A stretch of 64,000 nt of DNA from an uncultured Methanosarcinaceae archaeon (GTDB taxonomy: Archaea; Halobacteriota; Methanosarcinia; Methanosarcinales; Methanosarcinaceae). The stretch spans positions 160,001-224,000 of the forward strand of contig CAVTET010000001.1 in the NCBI GenBank assembly GCA_963733675.1, given 5' to 3'. The notes below the pieces were generated by a model, which was given only the letters and a program-made list of their open reading frames with translations, did not search any database and was not told the DNA's origin. The position numbers were made by a program, and so were the translations under genes. Positions 22,459 to 31,827 of the stretch are shown one piece after another. Position 1 is the stretch's first letter, and each line of letters begins with the position of its first letter.

Positions 22459-22577
22459 CTATGAGTTCTAGTTAAAATAATATGAGAAGATCATTTTATT
22501 TTAGGTGAGCAATGTTTAGTCACTTTATTTTGATGAGATTTACTTCATCAATCTATTTTTCACAAATTTGGACTCTG

Positions 22578-23822
22578 TTACAGCGGTTCCATCATTTTCG
22601 TTGGTATGAATTTATGATCTTGAATACGATTTTTAAGAACCATACATAGCTTTTCTGCCCTGGCTCTATCTGATTGTCTTAGCGAAATAGGGACAGATCC
22701 TTCAGCCAAATTTATGGATCCCAGTCTTGCACGGAATACCCCTCCAGGACATTGTAGGGTACAAGTACCGCAGTTGATACAGAGATGTCTGTTGATGACA
22801 AAACGATCTGAAATTGCTTCTGTAGGACACGTGTGCATTGCAGGACAATCGGGATGGTTCAGACACCTGTCCTTGTCGACCCGGATAACTTTATCTGTGC
22901 CTTCCCAGATATGTCCGTAGTTTACTTTTGTGTGAGCAGTACGCCCGTTTATGTCTGATACAGGCAATGGAACATCACGGTCAGTAATTTTTAATCCCAA
23001 TAGAATCTCTTCATCCAAAACAGGTATTGGAACTGCAAGTGAGGTTAGACATTCAGGACCATGTGAAGTTTTCATTCCGCCCATCATGTCAGGGTCCATG
23101 CCCTTCATATCTGCAAAAGCCGAGACATTCGGTTTATCTGGGCTGGATCTGGTTCCTTTTCCCATAATATATCCCGGAGCTCCATTTAAGAGGACTCTTG
23201 TACCTATACCTATTATCCTATGGGATGGATCGTTCTGTAAAGGGTTTATTTCACCACATCCAGAGACGGACGTTTCTGTGAAAGGACCTGTTAGACCTGT
23301 CACAGAGAATATAGTGCTTATCGTAGTTGCAGTGGGATTTATCAGTGCATGATAATTTTTAAATGCAAGTCTAGTGGTAATTATTCTGGCAAAGTCAATA
23401 TCATCAAGTGTAACCCTATTTTCATAAGTTCTGCCGTGTGCTTCAACAAAAATGTCGATCTCTTTTCCTTTTACAAGATCTCTAAAAAGATGTCCTCCGC
23501 CATATCGGTCATCTGCATGCGATGTCCCGTGAATGACAAGGTCCACAACTCCAAGACGTTCGTTTGGACAGGGGCCAGGCTGAGCAGGCACACCATTTAG
23601 CCAAATGGAATCCGCTTTTTCAAAACTACATTTTTCCGCAACAGGTACCATCATAACTGCCATAGTACCGGACATCACGCCAAATGTTCCTGTCGTAACT
23701 ACATCCACATCTCTAGCAGTTATCTTTTGACCATCACGTACAATGGATTTGAGCTCTGCAGCTGTTAGAATAATTGCTTCTTTGCGGGCAATTTTCTCAT
23801 TTATTTCGTCAATAGTCTTCAT
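22578..23822 (-). CDS. COG1900/DUF39 protein with ferredoxin insert (methanogenesis marker 16, ComF-like)
   Basis: KTIDEINEKI, DVDVVTTGTFGVMSGT, GPCPNERLG, SGCGEINPLQND, two C-terminal Cys clusters (CLNHPDCPAMHTCP, CINCGTCTLQCP), RQSDR; no CBS domains. Confidence 0.82.
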   Translation of the reverse strand: MKTIDEINEKIARKEAIILTAAELKSIVRDGQKITARDVDVVTTGTFGVMSGTMAVMMVPVAEKCSFEKADSIWLNGVPAQPGPCPNERLGVVDLVIHGTSHADDRYGGGHLFRDLVKGKEIDIFVEAHGRTYENRVTLDDIDFARIITTRLAFKNYHALINPTATTISTIFSVTGLTGPFTETSVSGCGEINPLQNDPSHRIIGIGTRVLLNGAPGYIMGKGTRSSPDKPNVSAFADMKGMDPDMMGGMKTSHGPECLTSLAVPIPVLDEEILLGLKITDRDVPLPVSDINGRTAHTKVNYGHIWEGTDKVIRVDKDRCLNHPDCPAMHTCPTEAISDRFVINRHLCINCGTCTLQCPGGVFRARLGSINLAEGSVPISLRQSDRARAEKLCMVLKNRIQDHKFIPTKMMEPL

Positions 23823-23846
23823 AGTATCCCGATCTATTCAATATTC

Positions 23847-24504
23847 TCATAATATCCTTAAATCTTCAAGCCGGACGTGAGTTCCAAAGGGTTTCTGAAA
23901 TATAGTGTTCACAAGAGCAGTATGTGCCAGATCAATCATACAGTTGCCAGGCAGAAAATATTGGCGAGTTCCAAGGACGGGAGGATTTGTTATGATACTT
24001 GCAACTCCTTCGAAAGCATGGATGTGGTATGCTTGGACATCATGGCAGTCTTCTTTTCTTGCGGCCATTGGACCTACAGTATGACACTCAAGTATACCTG
24101 TTACAGGGTTTGCGCTCAAAACCCTTAAAGCATGATAAAGAGGGCAGCCTGGTCCTGCTGGACGACCAATTACTAGGTTCCTTTTTAATCCCCCACAATT
24201 CGACAAGTTCTGCCCTAAAAGGTACTATAAATTTGCGTGCCGATGGTTCACCGGGGAAAGGAAGAAGGACAAAGTCATATTCTTTCCCAGCCACATATAT
24301 GCCGGAATAAGTGGCATTTCTTACTCGAATCGCGGGATTTTCCTGGATCCCGATATTATCCTGGTCCATTATATTCTCTTTGCTGTAGAATGGGCATAGT
24401 TCTAGCTCTGCTGACCTTTTTCCAAGACGTTCAATAAAATCAAAACATGTATGTGAGCTACAAGCCCCACAATTTTCCCCTGGTGGACTCCATTTATTAA
24501 CCAT
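23847..24504 (-). pseudogene. Fe-S cluster-binding protein, frameshifted near 24180
   Basis: N-terminal PGENCGACSSHTC...CPF Fe-S motif; reading continues in a second frame (NLVIGRPAGPGCP...FLPGNCMIDLAH). Confidence 0.8.
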
Positions 24505-25212
24505 CAGTCACCTCAGTATATAGGATCTGGCATATCCAGTGACCTGATGACTCCAAAGTGATTTTTCCATCCGATCTCTTTTACCTATAAATCTCGTGCA
24601 TACGCCGAGTGGGGGTGAACCTCTGAGCACTATAGGTTCTGACCCCATATCCGGCTGGTTGGTAATCCGTCTCATCAGATATCTTAACCCGGTTCCCTAA
24701 ATTGCATTTGTCTCTACAATGTCAATATCAATATCTGGGACAACTTTTTTGATACCTCCCCTGAATACTTCTTTTTCCGCTTGTGACACAAGGTCGGTTT
24801 TGGTAACAACTGCGACATCTGCAAGAGCAAGCAAAGGTGCCATTTTGAGTGGTGAATTTGTTCCTGATATCGCGCTGATAACTGCAATTCCAAGAGATTG
24901 CGTTGTATAAGGGGTACACCTTAGACAGAGTCCTGCACTTTCGATTATCAGAAGATTTCTGGATAGGCTTTTGGCCCAGTTTAATGCGTCATCAAGTACC
25001 AGAATTCCCATGTGATCAGGACAAACATCTCCGGAATATACCTTTTTAACAGGAATATAAAATTCTTCTGCAAGTTCCTGATCTTCAGTTGCATGTACAA
25101 CATCAATTTTCAGAAAGGAGGGAAGTGTATCTTCAGGAAGATTTTTTATAATCTGGCGAATCACAGCAGTTTTTTCCCCACTTGGAGGACCTGCAATTAT
25201 GAGAAGCTTCAT
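24504..25212 (-). pseudogene. G3E/HypB-UreG-like P-loop GTPase with nonsense codon and frameshift
   Basis: AGPPSGEKT, FLKIDV, CPDH, IESAGLCLRC, TKTD; TAG at 24697-24699 followed in frame by GTGLRYL...LRGSPPLGVC, then a frameshift before EIGWKNHFG; original stop overlaps the next start. Confidence 0.8.
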
Positions 25213-26036
25213 TTAGAAGCCATACTCTGTACAACTGCAATCGTCAAAGCTTCCGAAGGACCAGAAGAGAAAACAGTTCCCAGCCTTATTTTCTCTCTTA
25301 TTTGATTGAGTTTTGTTTCAATTAATGTAAGATCTTCTATAATATCTTGCTCCTGTCCGATAGGTTCTATCACAGAGTGAACTCCTCCATTTCTCATCAC
25401 TATGCGCCTATCTGCTGTAAGAGCGAGATATGGATCGTGTGTTACAAGAACTACAGCCTTATTTCCTCCCTGAATAGCCTGCATAACACGGTTTTTGAAG
25501 ATGCCTGCATTTTCGATCTCATCGAGAAGAAGTATTGGAGTATCACCGATTATAAGTGCATCTGCGATCATAAGAGACCTAGTTTGGCCTCCGGATAAAC
25601 CGCTCATTCGACTCTTAAGACTGATTACTTCGCCCGTGAATGTATTTGCAAGATTTATTGTCTCACCAAGCAAATCTTCCTTACCAGGTCTCCGCGCTCT
25701 TATATGCATTAATAGGAATGCTTCGACTGTGAGGTCTGCCAAACAACGTGTGTTTTGGGTTATCATGGCAATCGGTTTGAAAGCAGGCTCCCGTATAAAG
25801 GACTCTGGAGGCACTTCCCCATTGATAAAAATCAATCTGCCCGTTACTGTATCTCCCTGTGCAAGGGTTTCAATATCATTAATAAAGGCTGATTTTCCTG
25901 AGCCTGTAGGACCCACTATTGATAGGGTATCCCCTGGTCTTATCTCTATACTGTCAAATCCTTCCTGCTCTCTAAACCTGTTTTTTCCAGATTGAATTGT
26001 AAGAGTGAATTGCTGTGTCCCAAATTGTTGTGTCAT
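25209..26036 (-). CDS. Stand-alone ABC-type ATP-binding protein
   Basis: Walker A GPTGSGKS, Q-loop ITQN, signature LSGGQ, Walker B LLLDE, H-switch VTHD; no permease gene nearby. Confidence 0.88.
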   Translation of the reverse strand: MTQQFGTQQFTLTIQSGKNRFREQEGFDSIEIRPGDTLSIVGPTGSGKSAFINDIETLAQGDTVTGRLIFINGEVPPESFIREPAFKPIAMITQNTRCLADLTVEAFLLMHIRARRPGKEDLLGETINLANTFTGEVISLKSRMSGLSGGQTRSLMIADALIIGDTPILLLDEIENAGIFKNRVMQAIQGGNKAVVLVTHDPYLALTADRRIVMRNGGVHSVIEPIGQEQDIIEDLTLIETKLNQIREKIRLGTVFSSGPSEALTIAVVQSMASK

Positions 26037-26338
26037 GTACTCAATTATCTATATCTGGATTTTATAAAGATTTCCTCAAATACTCAAAAATTAACCCTTA
26101 AAGGATATGATATCAAAAAAATTATCCTTTTTTTATTAAAATTTAATGGAAAATGGGAAAACGACAAATTAAAAATTGTCATTTTCTTCAATAATTGCCT
26201 GAAAGATTATCATTGCAACCGTAGATTCCGAAAAAAGGTTAACTGTTTAAAGACCAATCTGAGATTAATCACATGGAATCGAATGAATCAAATATCCCTA
26301 TGGGGCGTCAGGTCGCAGCCAGTGCAGAGCAAGCACAT

Positions 26339-27193
26339 GGTTCCGTTGCAAAAACTTCAACAAAATATGTAAATCTATAAGTGATTAATAAAAATCAAAA
26401 CATTCAAGGAAAATGTACTAACATTATAAAACTATACCAAATAATTGATTAATGTATTTGACTTCATTAAGAACAGAGTAATTTAAATCGATTACTTGTC
26501 CTTTTTTGATCATATTTATAGCTTCAATTCCTTTTAAAGTCTTATTAGCAGATCGAAAAGACTGAAATCCTAACATTGGATTAACGATTCTCTTTATAGA
26601 TCTGTGATCTTGTTCTATAATGTTATTCAAATACTTGATTTGTCGAATGCCTACGTTTTTAGGTAGTATTTTATCAATTTTTAGTTTATCTATAGCAGGT
26701 GGATAAGCTGAATTCTTATCAACGGTTATTAATCTTGGAATTTGATTATGATTAGAACTTAAAGCTTTCTTAAAGAATCTCTTTGCTGCTTTTCTATCTC
26801 GTTTTGAACTTAACATGAAATCAATTGTATCTCCATTTGAGTCAACTGCTCGGTAAAAATATTTCCATTTACCTTTTACTTTGATATAGGTTTCGTCAAC
26901 TCTCCATGAATAGTTTGTTAGTCTTAAATGTCTTCTTATCTTCTTTTCGATTTCAGGAGAATATTGATGTACCCATCTCATTATAGTACTGTGATCAACT
27001 TGAATTCCCCTTTCTATCATCATTTCCTTTAAATTTCTATAACTTAATGCATATTTTAAGTACCATCTTACATTCAATAAGATAATTTCCCCTTCATAAT
27101 GCTTCCATTTAAAGGAATTAGATAGCATGTTACTATCTTTGGTTTTCTTTTTATTCTATTGTATCATTAGAAAGGATTTTTTGCAACGGAACC
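26339..27193 (-). mobile_element. IS6-family insertion sequence, 855 bp
   Basis: Perfect terminal inverted repeats GGTTCCGTTGCAAAAA / TTTTTGCAACGGAACC enclosing a DDE transposase. Confidence 0.93.
26424..27128 (-). CDS. IS6-family transposase
   Basis: FKWKHY, LSYRNL, WRVDETYIKVKGKW, YRAVD, TVDK, NNIIEQDHR. Confidence 0.95.
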   Translation of the reverse strand: MLSNSFKWKHYEGEIILLNVRWYLKYALSYRNLKEMMIERGIQVDHSTIMRWVHQYSPEIEKKIRRHLRLTNYSWRVDETYIKVKGKWKYFYRAVDSNGDTIDFMLSSKRDRKAAKRFFKKALSSNHNQIPRLITVDKNSAYPPAIDKLKIDKILPKNVGIRQIKYLNNIIEQDHRSIKRIVNPMLGFQSFRSANKTLKGIEAINMIKKGQVIDLNYSVLNEVKYINQLFGIVL

Positions 27194-27314
27194 ATCTAAG
27201 CTAATTAAAATCTTAGGTCTCTTATTTGATCTTTATGCAAGCTAGGATATTAAGAGTTCAAATATAGTTTACCTAAACTTAAATATCTTAACTGTAATCT
27301 CCTCAAGGATTGGC

Positions 27315-28334
27315 GTGATTTCAAAAAAATTAATCGATCTTGGAGTGCTGGTGCTCAGGCAACATAACTCTCGTGGAAATTTCAAACCTCATATTTCAGT
27401 TAGGTTCAGGGATAATGAGGGGGATTTACGCATGTTTTCCATAGACACTACCAGGACTACAGGGAAACATTCATGTCCTGATGCTTATCTGATTACACAT
27501 GCTCATTCAGATCATCATGGAAAATCAGCTATGATATCCTCCAATTCGGTTTGTTCGGAAAAAACAGCGATCGCCCTTGAAATCAGGTACGATAGAAGAT
27601 ATGCTGGCAGTATTTTCAGGCTTGGAGATGAAATTGATTTAGGAAGGGTAAGGGTCAAGACTTTTCCTACTGAGCATACCGCCGGAGCGACCGCTTTTTA
27701 CTGGGAAAACGACGTAGGATCAAGGATTCTGGTTACTGGAGATATCAAAGATGCAAGTGACCTCCCTCCTTGTGATGTGCTTATCACTGAGGCTAACTAT
27801 GGGGACCCAGAAGATCCCAGCTGTCATTTTGAAGATGACTTTGAAGGCATGCAGTCTGCTCTTTTTGAACACGGATCAGTTGCTTTTGGAGCATATGAAT
27901 TTGGGAAAGCCCAGCGGGCAGTCAAACTCATCAGAGAATTTGGATATGAGGGAGCTATCCATATGGATGCAAGGACAAGAGCCCTTACAAAGAGCATGCT
28001 TGAAGATGCCGGGGAACTTGAAGGGCTTAGGTCCGGAGGAAATGATGGGGTTTTCATAGTAGCACCCTGGAACCTTAACAAGCTTCCGTTGAATATGAAT
28101 AAGTACGTTCTAAGCTGCCGAATGGATTATCCTTACCCTATTATAAGGATAAGTGATCATCTTGATGCCTGCGGACTTGAAAATATGGTCAAGAAACTTA
28201 ACCCTGAAGTTACTCTTACTTACCATCCAGGAGGTTATAGACCCTCCAAATTTTCAAAACATTTAAATTCAATCGGAATCGATTCGATATCCATAGATCA
28301 GATAGGTAATGTTTTAAGTAATGAATTTATTTAA
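27315..28334 (+). CDS. Metallo-beta-lactamase-fold hydrolase (beta-CASP-like)
   Basis: THAHSDH motif, EHTAG, VTGD, TEANYG, SDH. Confidence 0.85.
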   Translation: MISKKLIDLGVLVLRQHNSRGNFKPHISVRFRDNEGDLRMFSIDTTRTTGKHSCPDAYLITHAHSDHHGKSAMISSNSVCSEKTAIALEIRYDRRYAGSIFRLGDEIDLGRVRVKTFPTEHTAGATAFYWENDVGSRILVTGDIKDASDLPPCDVLITEANYGDPEDPSCHFEDDFEGMQSALFEHGSVAFGAYEFGKAQRAVKLIREFGYEGAIHMDARTRALTKSMLEDAGELEGLRSGGNDGVFIVAPWNLNKLPLNMNKYVLSCRMDYPYPIIRISDHLDACGLENMVKKLNPEVTLTYHPGGYRPSKFSKHLNSIGIDSISIDQIGNVLSNEFI

Positions 28335-28646
28335 AGCTGTGAGATTCAATTTTAATAATTAAATATCGATAACTTCGATATAAATATTAAATTCTTATAA
28401 TTTTAATACAGTAATTGGATTCAAAGAATTCAAATATAATAATTTTATTCAAACAACTTAGGTAATAATTTAGTTCCATTGACTTAAATATAATAATTCA
28501 AGTCCAATAAGTTAAATATGATGATAAATTGGAATAATTATAGAATACAAATATAATGAGCAAAATATATAATCCAAATTTGATATTTAAGTATAGTTCT
28601 TGCAAATTAAATCCCAGAATAATTGCCGTTCAGGAGTGTATATCGA

Positions 28647-29060
28647 TTGAGTAAGCAAAGTCCAAAATCAAAACCCATATCTGAACCAGCAAAAACTGCA
28701 GAAATTCTTACAAAAAATTCTGTCGTAAGCGCTGATACCTCAGAAAGGAAGAATCTTATCAAGGAAATTACACCTGAAGAGAAGCAAAAAGCCCATCGAG
28801 AGGGAATCATAAAGACATTAGTAGCTTCAGCACTTGGGATAATCGCAGGACTTATAGCATCCAGCTTGTATGGAACAGGAGAAAATAAGGCCTGGTATGC
28901 TATACTTATGATAGTTATAGGTTTTACATATTTTCTGCAGAAGCTTATCTATTCTCAGCTTAATATCGATACCATTGAATTCAAGTTTAAGGACTGGTTT
29001 TACGTTGAGTTCATAGTCATTGATTTCTTCCTTGTTACCTGGACTCTCCTCCTTAATTAA
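28647..29060 (+). CDS. Small membrane protein, EMC6-like
   Basis: Three hydrophobic segments, C-terminal KDWFY...FLVTWTLLLN; TTG start after AGGAGTG; upstream of ABCE1. Confidence 0.7.
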   Translation: MSKQSPKSKPISEPAKTAEILTKNSVVSADTSERKNLIKEITPEEKQKAHREGIIKTLVASALGIIAGLIASSLYGTGENKAWYAILMIVIGFTYFLQKLIYSQLNIDTIEFKFKDWFYVEFIVIDFFLVTWTLLLN

Positions 29061-29580
29061 ATTATTTTCCCCCTGAACTGCAAAGAGGTTTTCCTAGTTT
29101 GAAAACCTTTTTACATTATATATTTTCTATCAGCTTTTTACAGTTTAGCTTCCATTCGCGCAGCTTTTACATGATTTATTCATTGAGCTCTTGCATGATT
29201 GGTGCTTCATACTTGTAAAAAGTCCAACAGTTCATATACCAGAGCAAGCATTTCATAACCGATGATCGCCTCATAAGCGTAATCTGCCAATCCGTATTAT
29301 ACCCACTCTATATTGTGAAGGATTTCTATAAATCCCTATATTTTGATATATATTAATATTTATATATATACATCATGTGAAAATGATATATCTATCAAAA
29401 TACCCTATATTATTTTGCTGTGATAACTGCTCTCTAACATAGCAGAGATTTGCATTGTTAAGCTTGATTATGCCTTAAATCGCAGCGGGCAATTCATTTC
29501 ATTATGTATCTGTTAATAAATAAAAACAGCTCAAAGAAAAGATATACTTCAAACGAAAAAATGTGATTTATGGGGCCATT

Positions 29581-31347
29581 ATGAGAATAGCTATACTTAA
29601 TAAAGATGGATGTCAGCCCAGAAGGTGCAGCAAAGAATGCGAAAAGTACTGCCCCGGGGTCAGAACTGGGGACGAAACAATTATTTTTGGAGATGGTGGA
29701 AAACCCCTTATCTCTGAGGAGCTTTGTGTGGGCTGCGGGATCTGCATAAACAAATGTCCCTTTAAAGCCATCATGATCATAGGACTTCCTGAAATTCTTC
29801 AAGAATCCACCCACAGATATGGATCAAATGGTTTTGTCCTCTTTGGGCTGCCTGTACCAAGAGTAGGGAAAGTAACCGGAATCCTTGGTCCTAATGGAAT
29901 AGGAAAAAGCACCTGTGTACAGATACTTTCAGGATCTTTAATTCCTAACTTTGGACAGGAAAAGGGTGATTGGGACACTGTGCTTGAAAATTATGCTGGC
30001 ACTGCTCTTTATGACTACTTCCAGGCTGTCGTGGATGGGAAAGTCCGTGTTTCCCAAAAGCCTCAGTATGTGGATCAGATTCCAAAAGTTTTCAAAGGTA
30101 AAACCTCAGAACTGCTCGAAAAGACAGATGAAAGAAAAGTTATGGATGAACTTATAAACTACCTTGATTTGAAAGGTGTAATCGACAGGAAGATATCTGA
30201 ATTGAGCGGGGGGGAGCTTCAAAGAGTAGCAATTGCGGCCTGTGCAGCAAGAGATGCCCAGTTCTATTTCTTTGACGAAATTAGCCCTTACCTTGATATA
30301 TATCAAAGAATCAATGTTGCTCGCCTGATCCAGAAGATCTCAAAAGACAGAGCCATACTTGTGATCGAGCACGACCTTGCGATTCTTGACATGCTCGCAG
30401 ACGTAATTCATATCGCCTATGGAAAACCTACCGGTTTCGGTGTAGTCACTCTCCCGAAGAGCGTACGTGTGGGAATTAACCAGTATCTTAAAGGCTATCT
30501 CCCTGAAGAAAACATTCGGATTCGACCTGAAGCCATTAAGTTTGAGATCCATCCTCCAAGAGAAGATTCACAGTTTAAATCTATGATAACCTTCAAAGGC
30601 TTTTCAAAGAAATATGGAGATGGCTTCTCCCTGGAAGTTGCAGGCGGCAACCTTCGGGAAGGGGAAGTGTTGGGAATAGTGGGTCCTAATGGAATCGGAA
30701 AGTCAACTTTCGTGAAAGTTCTTGCAGGGGAAATAAAGCCTGAAGAAAGAGACACAGAGATCGAAGTCAAGATATCCTACAAACCTCAGTATATCAAAGC
30801 CGATACACCAGTGCAGGTACAAGATTTCCTGCGTGGCATCACAAAACGGTTCGGAACTAGCTATTATGAGGTTGAGATATCAAGTCCTCTCCAACTTGAA
30901 GAGGTCTATGATAGCCTGCTGACTGACCTTAGTGGTGGAGAACTACAGAGGGTTGCTATTGCCGCCTGCCTATCCCAAGAGGCTGAGATCTACATTCTGG
31001 ACGAGCCAAGCGCACATCTGGATGTTGAGCAGCGTTCTATGGTTACTAAGGTCCTGAATCGTTTTGCAGAAAACAACCAGAAAACAGCCCTAGTTGTGGA
31101 TCATGATATATATATGATCGATATGTTGAGCCAGCGACTGATGGTCTTCGAAGGCAAACCCTCGGTATATGGTGAAGCTCTTGGACCGTTCAACATGGAA
31201 ACTGGTATGAACAAATTTTTGAAAAATCTAGGCATAACCTTCCGTAGAGATGAGGAAACTAAACGTCCTCGTGTGAACAATCTCGGCTCAAGGCTTGACA
31301 GGGAACAGAAGGAAAATGGAAATTACTATTATTCAGCAAGTAATTGA
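29581..31347 (+). CDS. Ribosome recycling ATPase ABCE1/RLI
   Basis: N-terminal Fe-S domain (CQPRRC...CP, CVGCGICINKCP), two NBDs (GPNGIGKS, LSGGELQR twice), ITFRRD. Confidence 0.97.
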   Translation: MRIAILNKDGCQPRRCSKECEKYCPGVRTGDETIIFGDGGKPLISEELCVGCGICINKCPFKAIMIIGLPEILQESTHRYGSNGFVLFGLPVPRVGKVTGILGPNGIGKSTCVQILSGSLIPNFGQEKGDWDTVLENYAGTALYDYFQAVVDGKVRVSQKPQYVDQIPKVFKGKTSELLEKTDERKVMDELINYLDLKGVIDRKISELSGGELQRVAIAACAARDAQFYFFDEISPYLDIYQRINVARLIQKISKDRAILVIEHDLAILDMLADVIHIAYGKPTGFGVVTLPKSVRVGINQYLKGYLPEENIRIRPEAIKFEIHPPREDSQFKSMITFKGFSKKYGDGFSLEVAGGNLREGEVLGIVGPNGIGKSTFVKVLAGEIKPEERDTEIEVKISYKPQYIKADTPVQVQDFLRGITKRFGTSYYEVEISSPLQLEEVYDSLLTDLSGGELQRVAIAACLSQEAEIYILDEPSAHLDVEQRSMVTKVLNRFAENNQKTALVVDHDIYMIDMLSQRLMVFEGKPSVYGEALGPFNMETGMNKFLKNLGITFRRDEETKRPRVNNLGSRLDREQKENGNYYYSASN

Positions 31348-31388
31348 GGATTTTTTGAAAACTTCGACAAAATCGGAGTTACTTTTAC

Positions 31389-31531
31389 CCCATATTTCGC
31401 AGACATGCACAAGAATGCCATCTATGGTCTTAATCATGACAGTAGCTTAAAAATTAATCTAACTTTCAATGAATAATAGGTGGCAAATCGAAGAACAAAT
31501 GATATATCTATGTAAATCAGCAGAATGTCAG
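31389..31531. mobile_element. About 140-bp MITE-like repeat, second family; related copy at about 42640-42752
   Basis: Imperfect inverted ends CCATATTTCGCAGACATGCACA / TGTAAATCAGCAGAATGTCAG; core TAATCTAACTTTCAATGAAT shared with the mutS-mutL spacer. Confidence 0.55.
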
Positions 31532-31827
31532 TTTTATAAAGAGAAGTCCGCTTTTTTTTCAGTATAGTAAATTTTCGATACTGCCATGAGGGTGGTCTTT
31601 TGTAATTAAGTGATTGATGTTTTCAGAATTATGTTTCCAGTGTAACAAATGTTTATGTTTTCATGCACTTAGGACGATTTTTTTCTGACCAACTTCACTG
31701 AAGTGCAGAACAAAAACACTGGGAAATGACAACAAGTACATTTTGAAAATAAAGTTAACCAAATAATAGTGGAAGACCTAAGAGTTCAAAATAGCTTTTT
31801 ATCTTATGTTTGAGTCTTTGGTTTTCA

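Noticed and set aside
24697-24699. In-frame TAG in the GTPase gene as a pyrrolysine codon
   Set aside because: Homology does continue past it, but a frameshift and a TGA follow, so it is better explained as a nonsense mutation in a decaying gene
25992-26372. 126-aa + strand ORF next to the IS6
   Set aside because: Overlaps the ABC gene start and the IS end, has a non-ATG start and spans AT-rich promoter-like DNA; probably spurious
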